NCBI RefSeq assembly: GCF_006345805.1
Contig: NC_043015.1
Coordinates: forward strand, 5,828,001-5,892,000
Length of the DNA: 64,000 nt
Source of the DNA: Octopus sinensis
Taxonomy: Eukaryota
Direction of reading: 5' to 3'
Under the pieces are notes generated by a model. The model made no database searches, was not told where the DNA came from, and saw nothing but the letters and a program-made list of their open reading frames with translations. Made by a program: the position numbers and the translations under genes. Below, one piece after another: positions 40,147-53,597 of this stretch (positions within the stretch are counted from its first letter, which is position 1; each line of letters opens with the position of its first letter).

Positions 40147-43000
40147 TGTATCGCTTTTTTTGTTTACAAAAACTTTAAAACGGAGAAGCACACTCTAAGA
40201 TGTAGAGCGGTCTATATTCATTACTGGTGAAGACTTGTTTATAGGTTTAACCTAGGTTTCTCGCTATAAAAATTATCTTTATGGCGTATCATCAGATCCA
40301 AAGACTTGTTGGCTTATGGCCCCTTTAAAGTATGGAAGGGGGAAAGGAACCGGATATAAGCAAAAGTTGTTATCTCCCTGTTCTGGTGGTCATCGGATTC
40401 TGGCCTTGTCGTTCTCTTTTAGCTACGACACATGTAGGCTGTGAGGGTAGAAAGTAGGGAGTTATCAACAGCGCCAAGTGTAGCACCACCTGAATCAACA
40501 CCATCGCCAACACCACCAGCAGCAACAAAAGCAACAATGATAGCAGCAAAGATTCCAAAGGCCGAGTATTCCATCAACGGAGATACCTCAATCTGACGAA
40601 AGTTCCTCCTATGTATGAGTATGGATTGACATTTGGATAAGGAAATACTGAAGCAGTCGAACATGTGCTGAGATTACAGACATTTTATGTCTAAATGCTG
40701 AAGATTCACATATAATAAAATTTTCATTTAAACTTAATTTAAATGTCTAGAGTAGAAGCGAACGGATGAAAATAGATTGGACTATTTCAAACAAATTACC
40801 TAAAATTTACAGTTTTAAATATATATTTGTATTCATAACATTTATTTGCTATGGACTGGGGAAAAGGGATTCACCCATTAGTTTGCAGATCTCCTTTCAC
40901 CGGTGAGGTTCACGCTGTTAATGCAAATCGATGTATTGTTAAAGAAATACATTTATTTTTTCCCCACAATAGAATACAGTCTTTCAGCAATTCGCTTCAT
41001 ATGAATCATAGACGAGACATTTTATTGTTCAAACATCTTTACAATCATTTAATTGATAGTGAATTAAACTGTCCGAAAAAACAAATCAGATACAAAAAAA
41101 AGCGACAAGGAACATAAAATTGGTAGAAATTACATCTGCGTGAATAAAGTTTACACGAGCGATATCATATTACAAACGAAAACTTTATATTTCGTTTCCA
41201 CGTATTTGATATTTACAAACATCAATAAACCAAAAGCTAATGAGGATATAAATTAACGTATCAGATATCTGATTCGCGTAAGCTAACACTCTAACGACTA
41301 AATATTTTCAGTCCTTGTTTAACATGAGAAACAAGGAAAAATATATCTGACTCACATACTCACATACTACAATCTGACGATCAAACAAATATTCGAAATA
41401 CTAGCGTAACTGTTTAGGATGCAGTTCCATTTTTACATCGTAGCACAACTTTTTATATTGCATTTTTTTAAAACCCGGAGGATCATGCTAATGAACAAAG
41501 TCGCTGTATGTCTCATTCTTATTTTACTTAATACCTGAATCTCTAATTGAATAGAAGGACTTTATTTGAAACAAACTTCGTACGTATGTCTGGCAATTTA
41601 CTTGACTTTGTTTAATGGACTTTCAATGCTCAGAATTGTATTTCTCTTGTTTTTGTATTCTCTGTTATCAAGCTTAAACTTTTTCACGGCCCCTGCGTTT
41701 ATAGAAGCAAGACTTCTTCTTTTCGCGTTGTGCATACAAGATGAAGGGTACTAATTACGAAGGTTCGAATTCTCAGGGGTTCTGGAATCAAAGTGGACTG
41801 ATGTTTATCCGTATTTATATCTTGTCCTTTCGGATATTTGTTCCACACGTCTTTAATGGTTCCATGCAGAGAAAAATCTCTAAACAACTACCAGGCCGGC
41901 CATATGGAGACCTTGGCACTTATCTCCATTTTCGATAAAAACACATAACAATACACAAGACGTTAGGGTATCTTTGGATAAATAAGTATAGAGATCATAG
42001 GAGGGAACTTAGAGGAAAATCATAATTGTTGTCTCCCTTGCATTGGGCTTCCATCCTGGATACAACACGCATAAAAGACGTCCAGTAGCATAACCTAATG
42101 TTGGTTTCTCTCAGGGTTCATGCCGAAAGTGTAGGCTATATGAGAACATAACATATTTGAATTATAACTACTTCAAATTATATTACAGTGCTTTATGTTT
42201 CAGAAAATAATAATCTCTCTCTCTCTTTCTCTCTCTCACACACACACACACACACATGGATATATGCTGTAATTTGGTGTGCGCACATAATTTGTATGGA
42301 TGTCCATGCACATACTTGTATATTTATATTTATGAATTTGGACATGAACGATTATTCTCACATAAAAAAGATTAAGGAATCAATAAATCTACTGTGAACA
42401 CAGTTGATTTCAATAATGGTGGAAGAATGCTAGAGAAACTGCAATTATGCTTTTTTTCTATAAGTTATCTCTCTTGATCTTTATATTTATCTTGAAATCC
42501 CGTACAATCTCTTGCAGCTTCGTGTATTCTCATCCAAGATGGAGACAAGTATTACCGTTTCCATGTGGCAGGCTTGGTCATTGGTGAGTTGTCTAACATG
42601 AAGCCAAATAAAATGAAATATATAGGTGTGTATATGCGTGCGCGCGTGTGTATGATTCGGTGTCACATTATTGAATGTGCTTTGTTTATGCATTGGCTCC
42701 AAGAGAGTCACAGAAGGGAAAAAAATCTCTGTATGACACTAAATACCTAAAATTGAGCGTGATGAGAATGATGGATATCGATATTTCCTTGTCTTTGCAT
42801 CTTTTCGAGATAACTGTAATTGCTGGTTTGAGGAGTATATACATAGAGTGCACAGTCTATCCGCTGAAGTGCAATAACGGGACACAAATAAACGAACAAA
42901 TGTTCGTCATATCTGTCATTGGTGTTTGTCTAAAATGGACGGTGTATGTGGTTTATAGTTAATCTGTCTAGCCTTGTCTTTGTATTATGTTAATCTTTTT

Positions 43001-43192
43001 TTCTTTTACTTGTTTCGTTCATTGGACTGCAGCCATGCTGAATAACCACCTTTTAGACAAAGAAATTGACTCTAGGACTTATTCTTTTTAAGCCTGGTAC
43101 TTATACTATGGAACACTTTGCCAAACCACTAAGTTACGGGGACGTAGACACGCCAACATCAACTGCCCATTGATACACACACACAAACACAT

Positions 43193-43245
<53 letters not shown>

Positions 43246-43344
43246 ATATACACTACGGGCTTCTTTTCAGTTTCCGTCACCAAATCCACTCACAAAGCTT
43301 CGGTCAGCCCGAAACTATAGTAGAAGACAATTGCCCCAGATGTC
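43001..43344 (-). mobile_element. SINE family A, diverged and head-less
   Basis: ttcttttacttgtttcgttcattggactgcagccatgctg...cgggcttcttttcagtttccgtcaccaaatccactcaca. Confidence 0.82.
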
Positions 43345-43920
43345 AAGCTTGTATGTGTTATATGTGTACCAATCATATTCTGAACGTGTTAGATTTTAGT
43401 AAATATTTGTAGAATCACGTTACTTAGTCGAAAACTTTTCTTGGATGATTATGTCGACTTTAAGTCTATTTATTTTTGATTGAGGCAGTTTGTCATATTT
43501 ATTTATATATTGCAGTATTTTGCTCACTTATAGAATGGTCAATGAACTGAAGAACGGCAACCAATTTCAGAAATAATTATAAGACAACCAAGATACAAAA
43601 ATCGATTCACAGAGAAAATAAAAGGAAAACAGACTAAAGATTTATTAGAAAATAATATAAAATTGGCGGATGTCATTCGTAGTCAATGCTGTATTTAGAA
43701 AACATTTGTAATCAGCTAATAAAACAATTAACATTAGACAAAAGAACATGATTCAATGGTAGAAAACCTGCGCAAATAAAGCTGACAGTGCACTTGAAGA
43801 CTGCAGCTACGTGAAACTTGGGTCGCTAGAAGAAATTAGTTTTAAATAAAGATTTAAACAGTATCTCTTCCACTGACTCACAATGAAACATCTCTATGTA
43901 TCTTAATCGCTCTTTCTCTT

Positions 43921-43970
<50 letters not shown>

Positions 43971-43975
<5 letters not shown>

Positions 43976-44148
43976 GAATTTACAAAAAAATACAACAAAG
44001 GATGGGTGTGTGAGCAAGAAACATATGTATTAGTTTAACGCTCGGAGAGTGAGAAAGTCTTTTACGTTTCAAGCCTATGCTCTTCGACAGAAAGGAACAC
44101 AAAAATAAACAGCGAGAGAAAATAGGAAAAGGTTTAGTGGCTAACGAT
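43971..44148 (-). mobile_element. Repeat with a hammerhead-like fold (variant core CUGUCGA), probably Penelope-related
   Basis: Minus strand 44094-44059 reads CTTT-CTGTCGA-a-GAGC-atag-GCTT-GAAAC-GTA-AAAG. Homologous to 61981-62089 in the opposite orientation. Confidence 0.55.
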
Positions 44149-45342
44149 ATATGCACATTCGCTAGTTAGTGAGGACAGGAAACAAATCGTAGTCGACATA
44201 TTTCGTTTGGCCTTATTGGCACATAAAACGCGTCTATCTCAACCACACTTTGAGGGCGGAGTGAAATTCAAAATAGCTTCTAGGCCTATATTGGTCAGCT
44301 CACCTAACGTGGTATTAATGTTGTCGAAGAAATCCGAGCAATTTCGTTACTTTTAGACTTTTAAAAGCTTCTTTCTAAAACCTATGGATCTTAAAAATCT
44401 TCGCTCCCTACATTGTCACGGTCAGTTAATCTTGTCTACTTTGACAATATCTTTTCAAACATTACATGCTACAATATTTGCAACCATAAGTCTACAAGCC
44501 TAAAACCAAACTCCCAACATGTAACTGTCAGAATTTCCCTTTACGAGGATCATGTATCTCAAATGTTGTAGTCTATACAGCTTCCCTTACACAATTCAAT
44601 AGCATTATAAAACATTACACGTGCAAGACATCTAATCACATGGTCCCGTGACGAAGCAGGTTTAATCAATTTTCAAAACTTTACTTTAGCACACACATGG
44701 TGTCTTGCATGGGTGAAACTAACAAAAAAAGAATAGAAGTCTATATGTATTAGCTCTCAACGACTGTTGGTAATATATTCAGTTTTAATATATACTTAAA
44801 TATAGTATCGATATTTTCCAATCTTCAATTAAGTCGTGAAGTATGCCAAGAATCTTTTATTAATATTCCATCTATCGTTCAATTCCTTCCTTCATTCTTA
44901 ATATCATCCTCTTGTAGCATCTCTCTTTCATTGCATTCTCGCTCAATAATTATATCATCCTTTCAAAACCAATGTTCAACTTCCCTTGTTTTCTAAACTA
45001 CGGAAACATTTTATACATAGATGTTTCATCTTATTATTCAAAGCATTCTTTCCATTTATTATTTATTTATTAATATTTTTTTCTGTATGATCTTCGATAT
45101 GTTTCTCATAAAGTAAATTTATATAAATACTGTACGATAAATTTTGTAACCTTTGTAATTTCCATATGAACTCTGAACCGACTCAAAGAAAATTCGCAAC
45201 ACATATTGGTGTATGAAGCCCTTCACTCTCTTTCGCACTCTACGCGTATATAAACACGTATGTTTATATATGTGTATATAAGTATGTATATATATATATA
45301 TACATGTATTGATATCTATCTATCTATCTATCTATCTATATA

Positions 45343-45380
<38 letters not shown>

Positions 45381-45396
45381 TATATATATATTGATA

Positions 45397-45429
<33 letters not shown>

Positions 45430-45479
45430 ATATCTATATATATATATATATATATATCTATATATATATATATATATAA

Positions 45480-45530
<51 letters not shown>

Positions 45531-45531
45531 G

Positions 45532-45585
<54 letters not shown>

Positions 45586-46712
45586 CACTTTCTCTCCCCA
45601 TTAATTTATCTATCTATCTATTTATCTGTGTGTATGTATATATGTATAATAGACAGGGATATAGGCCGAGATACAGAATAATAGAACAACTACATCTAGA
45701 CACGTACACACTTGCGCGCGAAGATGCGTATTCATATAATTTTATATATGTATGTTTAAGACCACTGCTCCCTGTTACCGTGCTGCTCACACAAATACAC
45801 ACTCTGTTACACACACACTTGCGCGAACGCACATGCTCACACATACACACAGATACTTCATTCTCTTACACTCTCCTGTCTTAGAAAGGAATTTTTCTTT
45901 TCCCATTCCCTTCCGGTCATCTGAAAATGTAACTGCATGTGAATCGTTGTCGATTTTGTTTTCTTCCATGTTCCTTTAATCCTAGACTTTCCTCTGAGTC
46001 CTGTTTCTGAAGAATAGCTCTGCTCGAAACGTAAAAACACCTTTCTTTCCTTGCCTGAGTGTCTGTTAATACTTTGCAAGTACCACATCCTCGCGTTGTT
46101 GTTTTTTCCTTGCATATTTATTCGTCTTTTTTTAGATCAATTATATATATATATATATACAGATATTCACAGGGAGGGAGAGAGACAAAAAGAGAGACAT
46201 AAATAGATACTATGCTCATATATGGAAACTATAATGTACTTCTATGTATTTCATACACATAAATGTATCAAGAAAGCTGTTTGTCTTGGAAGATATTGTA
46301 CAAACTACACTGGCAGATGACTTGCTCAATGTGATACGCTTGAATCCTTCGATATAAACTGTTAACTATTTGAAGCAGTAAAGTCACTGTAGCAGAACTA
46401 TATCCTACCACTAATGTGTTGAAGTACTTTTATGCTTTGAAATATTTCTAAGAGAAATTCTAATTGATTATTCTACAATAAACCATCAGGAACAAAGGAA
46501 TATATAGTAAAAGTGTAAGAAAAACATATAACGGAAGCTCATAAAATGGTAAACGCATGTATGAAGGATACATATGCGCATACTCGAGTATGAAAAACTA
46601 CAGGAAAGAACGCACATGCACGATGATGTTTATGCATATGAACAAACAACGTCAGTTAATATAATACACACTCACACACATACATAAATATATACCTACG
46701 TACCGTATGTAT

Positions 46713-46749
<37 letters not shown>

Positions 46750-46757
<8 letters not shown>

Positions 46758-46900
46758 GTATGGATAGGTATGTATATGTATGCATAAATATATATCTCCA
46801 TATATCCATATATATATATATATATATATGTTTATATAATGTATGGATAAATATATATATATGTATGCATAAATATATATCTCCATATATCCATATATAT
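46750..46900. repeat. Tandem duplication of an about 75-bp AT-rich unit
   Basis: ataatgtatggata...gtatgcataaatatatatctccatatatccata occurs twice. Confidence 0.7.
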
Positions 46901-46975
46901 ATATATACATACATATATATATGTGTGTATGTATTGATATATAAGTATGAATGTATGTATGTATAGATATGTTTG

Positions 46976-47021
<46 letters not shown>

Positions 47022-47399
47022 AGAAGTAGTAGAAGAAAGAAATGGAGTGAAAGGGAAGGGAGAGTGTAGGTGCGCATGTTTATTGGTAGCTTTATTCGTA
47101 ATTTTGTATTTACTTTCACAATCAATTTACTAAATATAAACTTATGCATATTCATTTATACATACATAAAATTGTATTTGCATATATCCACATACACATG
47201 CACACATATATATGCGCATATATTTATATGTGTGTTTGTGTGTAAGTGTGTCAAAGGTAAGTGTGACCCCTAGCGCGTATGCTAGGGTACCAAGCGTATA
47301 CATATACTAGATGAAGAGTATACATATACTAGATGAATCGTATTTATATCAACACATTAATTGTCTACCTACCAGCCTACCTACATACCTACCTACTTA

Positions 47400-47464
47400 C
47401 TTACATACCTACGTACCTATTTACACTCACACGTATATGCGTGTATATATATTATTATGTATAT

Positions 47465-47508
<44 letters not shown>

Positions 47509-47770
47509 TATATATATACTCGCATTCATATTTATTTACGTATATATATATATATTTATATATATACACACACACCGACATATATATATATACTTTCCTA
47601 CCTACCTATTTACACTCACACATATATGCGTGTATATATATCATTATGTATATATGTATATATATTATGTATATTTATATATATATATATATACATATAC
47701 TCGCATACATATTTATTTACGTATATATATTATATATATATATTCACATAGACATATAGACATATATATA
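47400..47770. repeat. Tandem duplication of an about 190-bp microsatellite-rich unit
   Basis: tacctatttacactcacac...tgcgtgtatatata...actcgcat(t/a)catatttatttacgtata occurs twice. Confidence 0.75.
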
Positions 47771-47846
47771 TATTTGTATTTACATAAATATGTGCACACA
47801 CGTTGATATATGCATATATATGCGTATATGTATATATATATTATAT

Positions 47847-47905
<59 letters not shown>

Positions 47906-48569
47906 TTGAGACTACTTATATGCAGGCTGCTCTTCATTGGACTAGAAAATACGATATTGTGTTTACAGAGAAATGACAATTGCATCGTGTTATACAGATC
48001 AAAGAAATGGATGCATTCTTGCGTGCGAGCATCAAGTAATCTCTATTGATAACGGATGAGTTGCTTCATCTTTATTTTTCTTGTGGATTATAAAGTATTT
48101 ATCACTTGTGTCTTTGAAACCAACCCCACCCTCCATTCGACGAAAAAATAATCTTAAGCATAACATAATTATGAACATAAAGAAACAGAATCAAACGAGA
48201 GTAAAATTCGGCAACTATAAAAGCAATGACCAAACTATTGGACAATGATAGATAGATAGATAGGTAGATAGATAAATACATACTTCCATACATACAAATT
48301 TTTTTTTGTATCGTAGAATATTTGTGTGTGTCCGTGTGTATTGCTGTTTGTCTGTGCCTTAGTGTGTGTACATTATGTGTGACTTTTCTTTTGCTACACA
48401 CTCGCACATACTTCCATACATAAATGCACTCTAGTACTCCTGCGTATATCTACAGACCTTTGTATAAATGTAATTTTGTTTATGCTTGTTTTTTAATCTC
48501 TTGAAATAGTATCTAAATATGGCTTATGTATGCTTCTATGCATATATTTCTTAAACCGCTTTTTAAACC

Positions 48570-48639
48570 TTTCTATCTATCTATCTGCCTTTCTATCTAT
48601 CTATCTATCTATCTTTCTATCTATCTATCTATCTATCTG

Positions 48640-48724
<85 letters not shown>

Positions 48725-48780
48725 ATATCTATCTCTCTATATCTCTCTCTATCTATCTATCTATCTATCTATCAATCTCT
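48570..48780. repeat. (CTAT)n tetranucleotide microsatellite (representative; others at 3780-3890 and 40070-40145)
   Basis: Directly visible. Confidence 0.95.
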
Positions 48781-48794
48781 ATACATACATATAT

Positions 48795-48843
<49 letters not shown>

Positions 48844-49486
48844 CTCCCAAGCTAGATCCTCGTAGGCAGTTGATTTTGGAATTTACTCTAATTCATTATA
48901 ACAATCTGTAATATGACATTTCCAATTGTCTCTCAATAATAGTTTCCAAATATGGAAACGGTATTTCCATACTACATTCTATGAATGCTTTTCAATAAAC
49001 GTGTCTTGGCTTATTTATGCTGAGTTCAATAATCCTGCTTAATCATACCCGCCGAGTAAGAAAATGCATGAATGATCACAGGTAGCCAATTTAAATGGGG
49101 GCCACAATTCCATGTTAAAATAATTGGGTATAGTGTGTCCATACGGAATCCTGTAGGATTTTTAACATACTGTGTGACAAGTGTCATTTTCCAAAGATTA
49201 GAGAGACAGAGATATAAGAAAACTTGGGTAGAATAAAACTTGTTTTGAGCCCCTTGGGTAGGGTATTACTGCAATTCAATCGTCATTTTTCTCAGTTGGT
49301 ATTTCAAGCGGATTGTCCCTGAAAATTACTTAAACGGTGGTTGCAACTATTGAATATTCACTTCGCAAATTAAATGTAATAATATCTAACTCAGTAGATC
49401 TGAAATTCATTGATAGAAGTCCCTTGATATTCATGTATGTATATGTACTTCTGTGTATGTTTCGTTGTGAGTGGATGCTATAATTC

Positions 49487-49874
49487 GACGGTGTGGCTGC
49501 GTGGCAAGAAGCTTGCTTCCCATCCTCATATTTCCAGTGCCAGTCTAATTGCGTGGCCCCTTGGGCAAGTGTCTTCTACTATGGCCCCGGCCAACGAACG
49601 CCTTCTGTGTGGGTTTGGCAGATAGAAATTGAATGGAGTCCGTTGTGTGTGTGTTTGTGTGTGCCTGTGTGTTTGTGTCTTTTTCCCACGAACGTTTGAC
49701 AACTGGTGTCGGTATGCTTATCTCTCAGCTACATAGCGGTTCGGCAAAAGAAACCGACAAAATAAATACAAGGCTAAATAAACAAAAGTACTGGGTTCGT
49801 TCATTCGACTAAAAATTCTTCGAGACGGCGCCTCTTCATTGCTTGCAGTTTTAATGACTGAAACATGTAAAAGA
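49487..49874 (+). mobile_element. SINE family A, old subfamily
   Basis: ggtgtggctgcgtggcaagaagcttgcttccca...ccttgggcaagtgtcttctact...gcggttcggcaaaagaaaccga...aatgactgaaacatgtaaaaga. Confidence 0.8.
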
Positions 49875-51125
49875 TCAATGAAGGAACATGTAAACGAAAG
49901 GAAAGTCGATGAAAATGCTTTCGAAGTACAAATATCATGTAATGTTTCTTTCATCCAAGTTTTACTTTCATAAATGCAATGAAACGATAGTTGATCCATT
50001 GGTATCTATAGGCAATGAATTTTTAGCTCACAAATTATGATACGAAATATAAAAGATATAAGAGTTTAAGTTAAAAGCTTGTTGCAGTCTTCAGTACTAC
50101 GAGGACTATTTCTTACTCTGTGTCTTCAGCGTATCTTAGAGAAATTAAAAATATGAATATTATAATTTAAATGAAGATAGTTGAAGGACAGTTTTTCGTC
50201 AAATTCCAACAATGCAGTTTAATCAGGTTTAAGATCAAAACCTCTCCATGCTTGACTACCTCATCTGTTTGTTTATTTTGTTTAGGTGTAGTATATTTAG
50301 GTATGTACTATCCATCGAGTCTTCCTTTATGAAAGACAGGAGGGTTATATAAAAGTGCGTATTTATCTACTAGTTTTATTGAGTCGAGTGGTAGAAGGTT
50401 AAATTTTTTAGTCTTGCTGTGTTACGAAAAAGATTTTTGATTAAATCTCCTGTGTCCTCTTACTAAGATATCGTTTTTGAATACCAGATTCGATGTGAAG
50501 TAACCAATAAATATTCATTTATTGAGAATGAGAAATGCATTCGAACGCTGAATCCCCATGGAACATTCCCAATTACTCTACAATAGTTAGAGTTCACGTT
50601 TCTGTTATCTCTATTTATATCTGATGCGCAGTTAACACTGATGTTGCTGGTCGGAAAACAATTTAGAAGTAATCTATACAAGCTGAAGCAGAATATATCC
50701 CTATAAATATACCAATTGTTTGTAATAATACCATTTAATCACTTTAGTGCTCCGAACACAAAAATATCTAAAACTGCTATCCACACTCGGTAAATTTTCA
50801 CAGTATAAAGCCTTTGTAAGAAATCCCATTAACACATATTTTCTCACTTTTCTCTATATAACAAGTTTATGCTAATATAATGTTAAATCTCATTGCCAAC
50901 TTCATCAATCATTCTGAAAACTCGGCGTACGCCTATCTTATATTTCTACCAATATTAATAATGCTATAAAGCATACATTATCTCTTCTCTCTAGCATCGG
51001 TGCCTCATAAAACTTGTCTGCAGCTTGTGTATTTTGGCAGAGAATACCATATATATATATATATATGTGTGTGTGTATGTATGTATGCGCGCGTATATAC
51101 ATATATATATATATAGGCATACATA

Positions 51126-51226
<101 letters not shown>

Positions 51227-51276
51227 CGCACACACAATCCCTCTCTGTCACTGTGTGTGTAGAACACACGCATATT

Positions 51277-51339
<63 letters not shown>

Positions 51340-51737
51340 ATGTGTGTGTGTGTGTGTGTGTATGAATATCGAACAAATACGTACAATGTAGATAAAATAT
51401 AATAATATTCTCACAGTGGATTTTACACTAAAATATATTGTACGTTCATTAAGCTGACAGTTATTTCCATGATAGAAAACTACAGGGAGATATAGTGTAT
51501 GGTCAAGTCTTTTAAAATCTGGTTGCTGTGAGTAAGCTTGACTTAAATTTGCAATGCTTGCTTGCACAGTGCAGATTGTGAGCCATGGTAAATGGCATTG
51601 ATAAAATGAAGAGTGCTGGTACTTTGCGATTCCTGTATAAGTATTCTGTAACCAATTTGGTGTTCAAGTGTAGTTGTAGATGCATCCTAATCGAGGAGTA
51701 AGTTCATTTTAGCTATGACTATTTTGTTGCTTTAGAT

Positions 51738-51999
51738 TGGCATATTTGGCATAGATTGGCATATCTCGGTCATATTATGCGGAGAAAATCTCTGGAGAAG
51801 GACATCATGCTCGGAATGGTCAGTGGCAAGAGAGGAAGAGGCCGACCAAGAACTCGCTGGCTTGACACCATCAAGAGAGATACCGGAATGGACATAGCCA
51901 GTCTGAAAGAAGCGGCCCATGATAGAACTGACTGGAGGACACTGATCCAACGAGTGACCGAGAATCGACTTCGACTGAGCGGTTAGAAGAAGAAGAATA
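51738..51999 (+). mobile_element. 5'-truncated RTE/BovB-clade LINE with a 14-bp TSD
   Basis: ORF ...YLGHIMRRKSLEKDIMLGMVSGKRGRGRPRTRWLDTIKRDTG...DRTDWR.LI..VTENRLRLSG* is the characteristic RTE/BovB ORF C-terminus. An (AAG)n tail directly follows the stop. ttgttgctttagat occurs at 51724-51737 and 52000-52013. Confidence 0.92.
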
Positions 52000-52849
52000 T
52001 TGTTGCTTTAGATGTCCAATGTTCTCCATGAACTTACATATCGTTATAACGTCTATGAGGTTGTTCGTTCATCCACTGAGGAGTATTCTTGTTGTTGAGT
52101 ACCTGCTAGTATTGTCAGTACTTTTTCTGTAGTATTTGCTTGTACGAAAGACAAAGCTCTATGTTTCAGCAGTTGCATGCCGACTCCAATTCCTCCTTAA
52201 ATATTCCCCATAAATTTCCTGCAAACGTACCCACGTACTTCTAATAGAAATGAATTTTTGTAATGATCATTTTTAGAATTATTGAGTAGAAAAATCGTAA
52301 AAAACCGGTACAGGGAATACCTATACCTGAGGTGTTTCATTGCGCCTGCTTATGATCCTTGTTTAAAATTTGTGTGTGTAACATTCCAGCATACAGAACT
52401 TGGAAAGGAAAGATATCGTGCACATGTTAGAAATTGCCATTAATAATTTCAATAGAGAAAATTATTTATAACATGCAAAGAATTTCACTAATTCTTAGGG
52501 AACCGAACAGTTAATTATAAATCCCTCCAGTTGTTGACTTGTAATTGATTTTATTCCAAACAAGCAAGAATATTTTCGATACTCTAACAGATCAGATTGT
52601 AGACGTTGATTTTGACAATGCATCACCTTAATCTGTAGATGACAAAATTCCATCAATTTTGGGAAAGTGTTAGTCTTTTAAAATCCTCTCTGTTACTTGA
52701 TTTGTACATATCTAACAGACAACAGCGAAGTTGCCTTCTCCATGATGTGAATTCAAGAAACATAGATCGAGAACAAATACCAATTCTGCAAATCCGCGTC
52801 TCTCGAAATATAGGTTTCAAATTTTGGTATAAGACTAGCAGATTTGGTT

Positions 52850-53031
52850 GTTTGGCTAAGGCCACACATTCAGACATCGATCCCAGTGTTCAACTGTTAC
52901 TTATTCTATTGAACGGAAAGTATGAAAGGCAAAGTCGACCTCGGAGGAATCTGAAGTCAGAACGTAAAGACGAACGAAATGCTGGTAAGCTTTCCGTCTG
53001 GCGTGCTAAGGATTCTGCCAAGCTGGCCCCT
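52850..53031 (-). mobile_element. SINE family B, diverged
   Basis: gaaaggcaaagtcgacctcggaggaatctgaagtcagaacgtaaagacgaacgaaatgc...ggcgtgctaaggattctgccaagct. Confidence 0.8.
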
Positions 53032-53382
53032 TAGCGTCTCTTGAAATAATAGTAATTATTTCTAATCTAATTTATGTACATCACTAGCAATTTCGAAGAA
53101 GCTGAGCTGATACTTATCTAAAAGAGTAAAATGTAAAGTTGACGGCATAGGTACTTGAATTCAAAACGTAAAGTACCGGAACATATTACGGAAGGATACT
53201 TTGTCGAAGCTCTAACCATTCTGCCAATACAACAACTCAATTTCTAGCAGCGGAAAAACACTATGCATTGTGATAGAAATAACAAATGCAAAATGGAAAT
53301 ACCAAATACGAAGTAGAAATACCAAATACAAAATTCAGCCAGTTTCTCAACAATATGTAGAGACAATACTTAAGTGTAGTAT

Positions 53383-53597
53383 TAATTGGTTTCAAAGTTT
53401 GGCACTAGCTCAGCAATCTCAGGGAAGGGTAACTCGGTTAAATGAACCCTGGTACTCAACTGGTACTTACTTTATCGAATCCGAAAGGGTGAAAGGCAAA
53501 ATCGACTTCAGCGGCATTTGAGCTCAGAACATAAAAACTTGACGAAATGCTCTGCACATTTCGCCCGGCGTGCCAACGAATCTGCCAGCTCGCTGCT
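53383..53597 (-). mobile_element. SINE family B
   Basis: actcaactggtacttactttatcgaatccgaaagggtgaaaggcaaaatcgac...atttcgcccggcgtgccaacgaatctgccagctcgc. Confidence 0.82.

Noticed and set aside
40370-40664. GC-richer patch with short ORFs on both strands (S/T/P- or H/Q-rich)
   Set aside because: Explained by degenerate (CAN)n triplets; no splice pair fits the neuroligin frame and the flanking exons already join without it.
48900-49420. Possible decayed reverse-transcriptase coding sequence on the minus strand (EIPF...-like words)
   Set aside because: Too many stops and too little similarity to call without a profile search.
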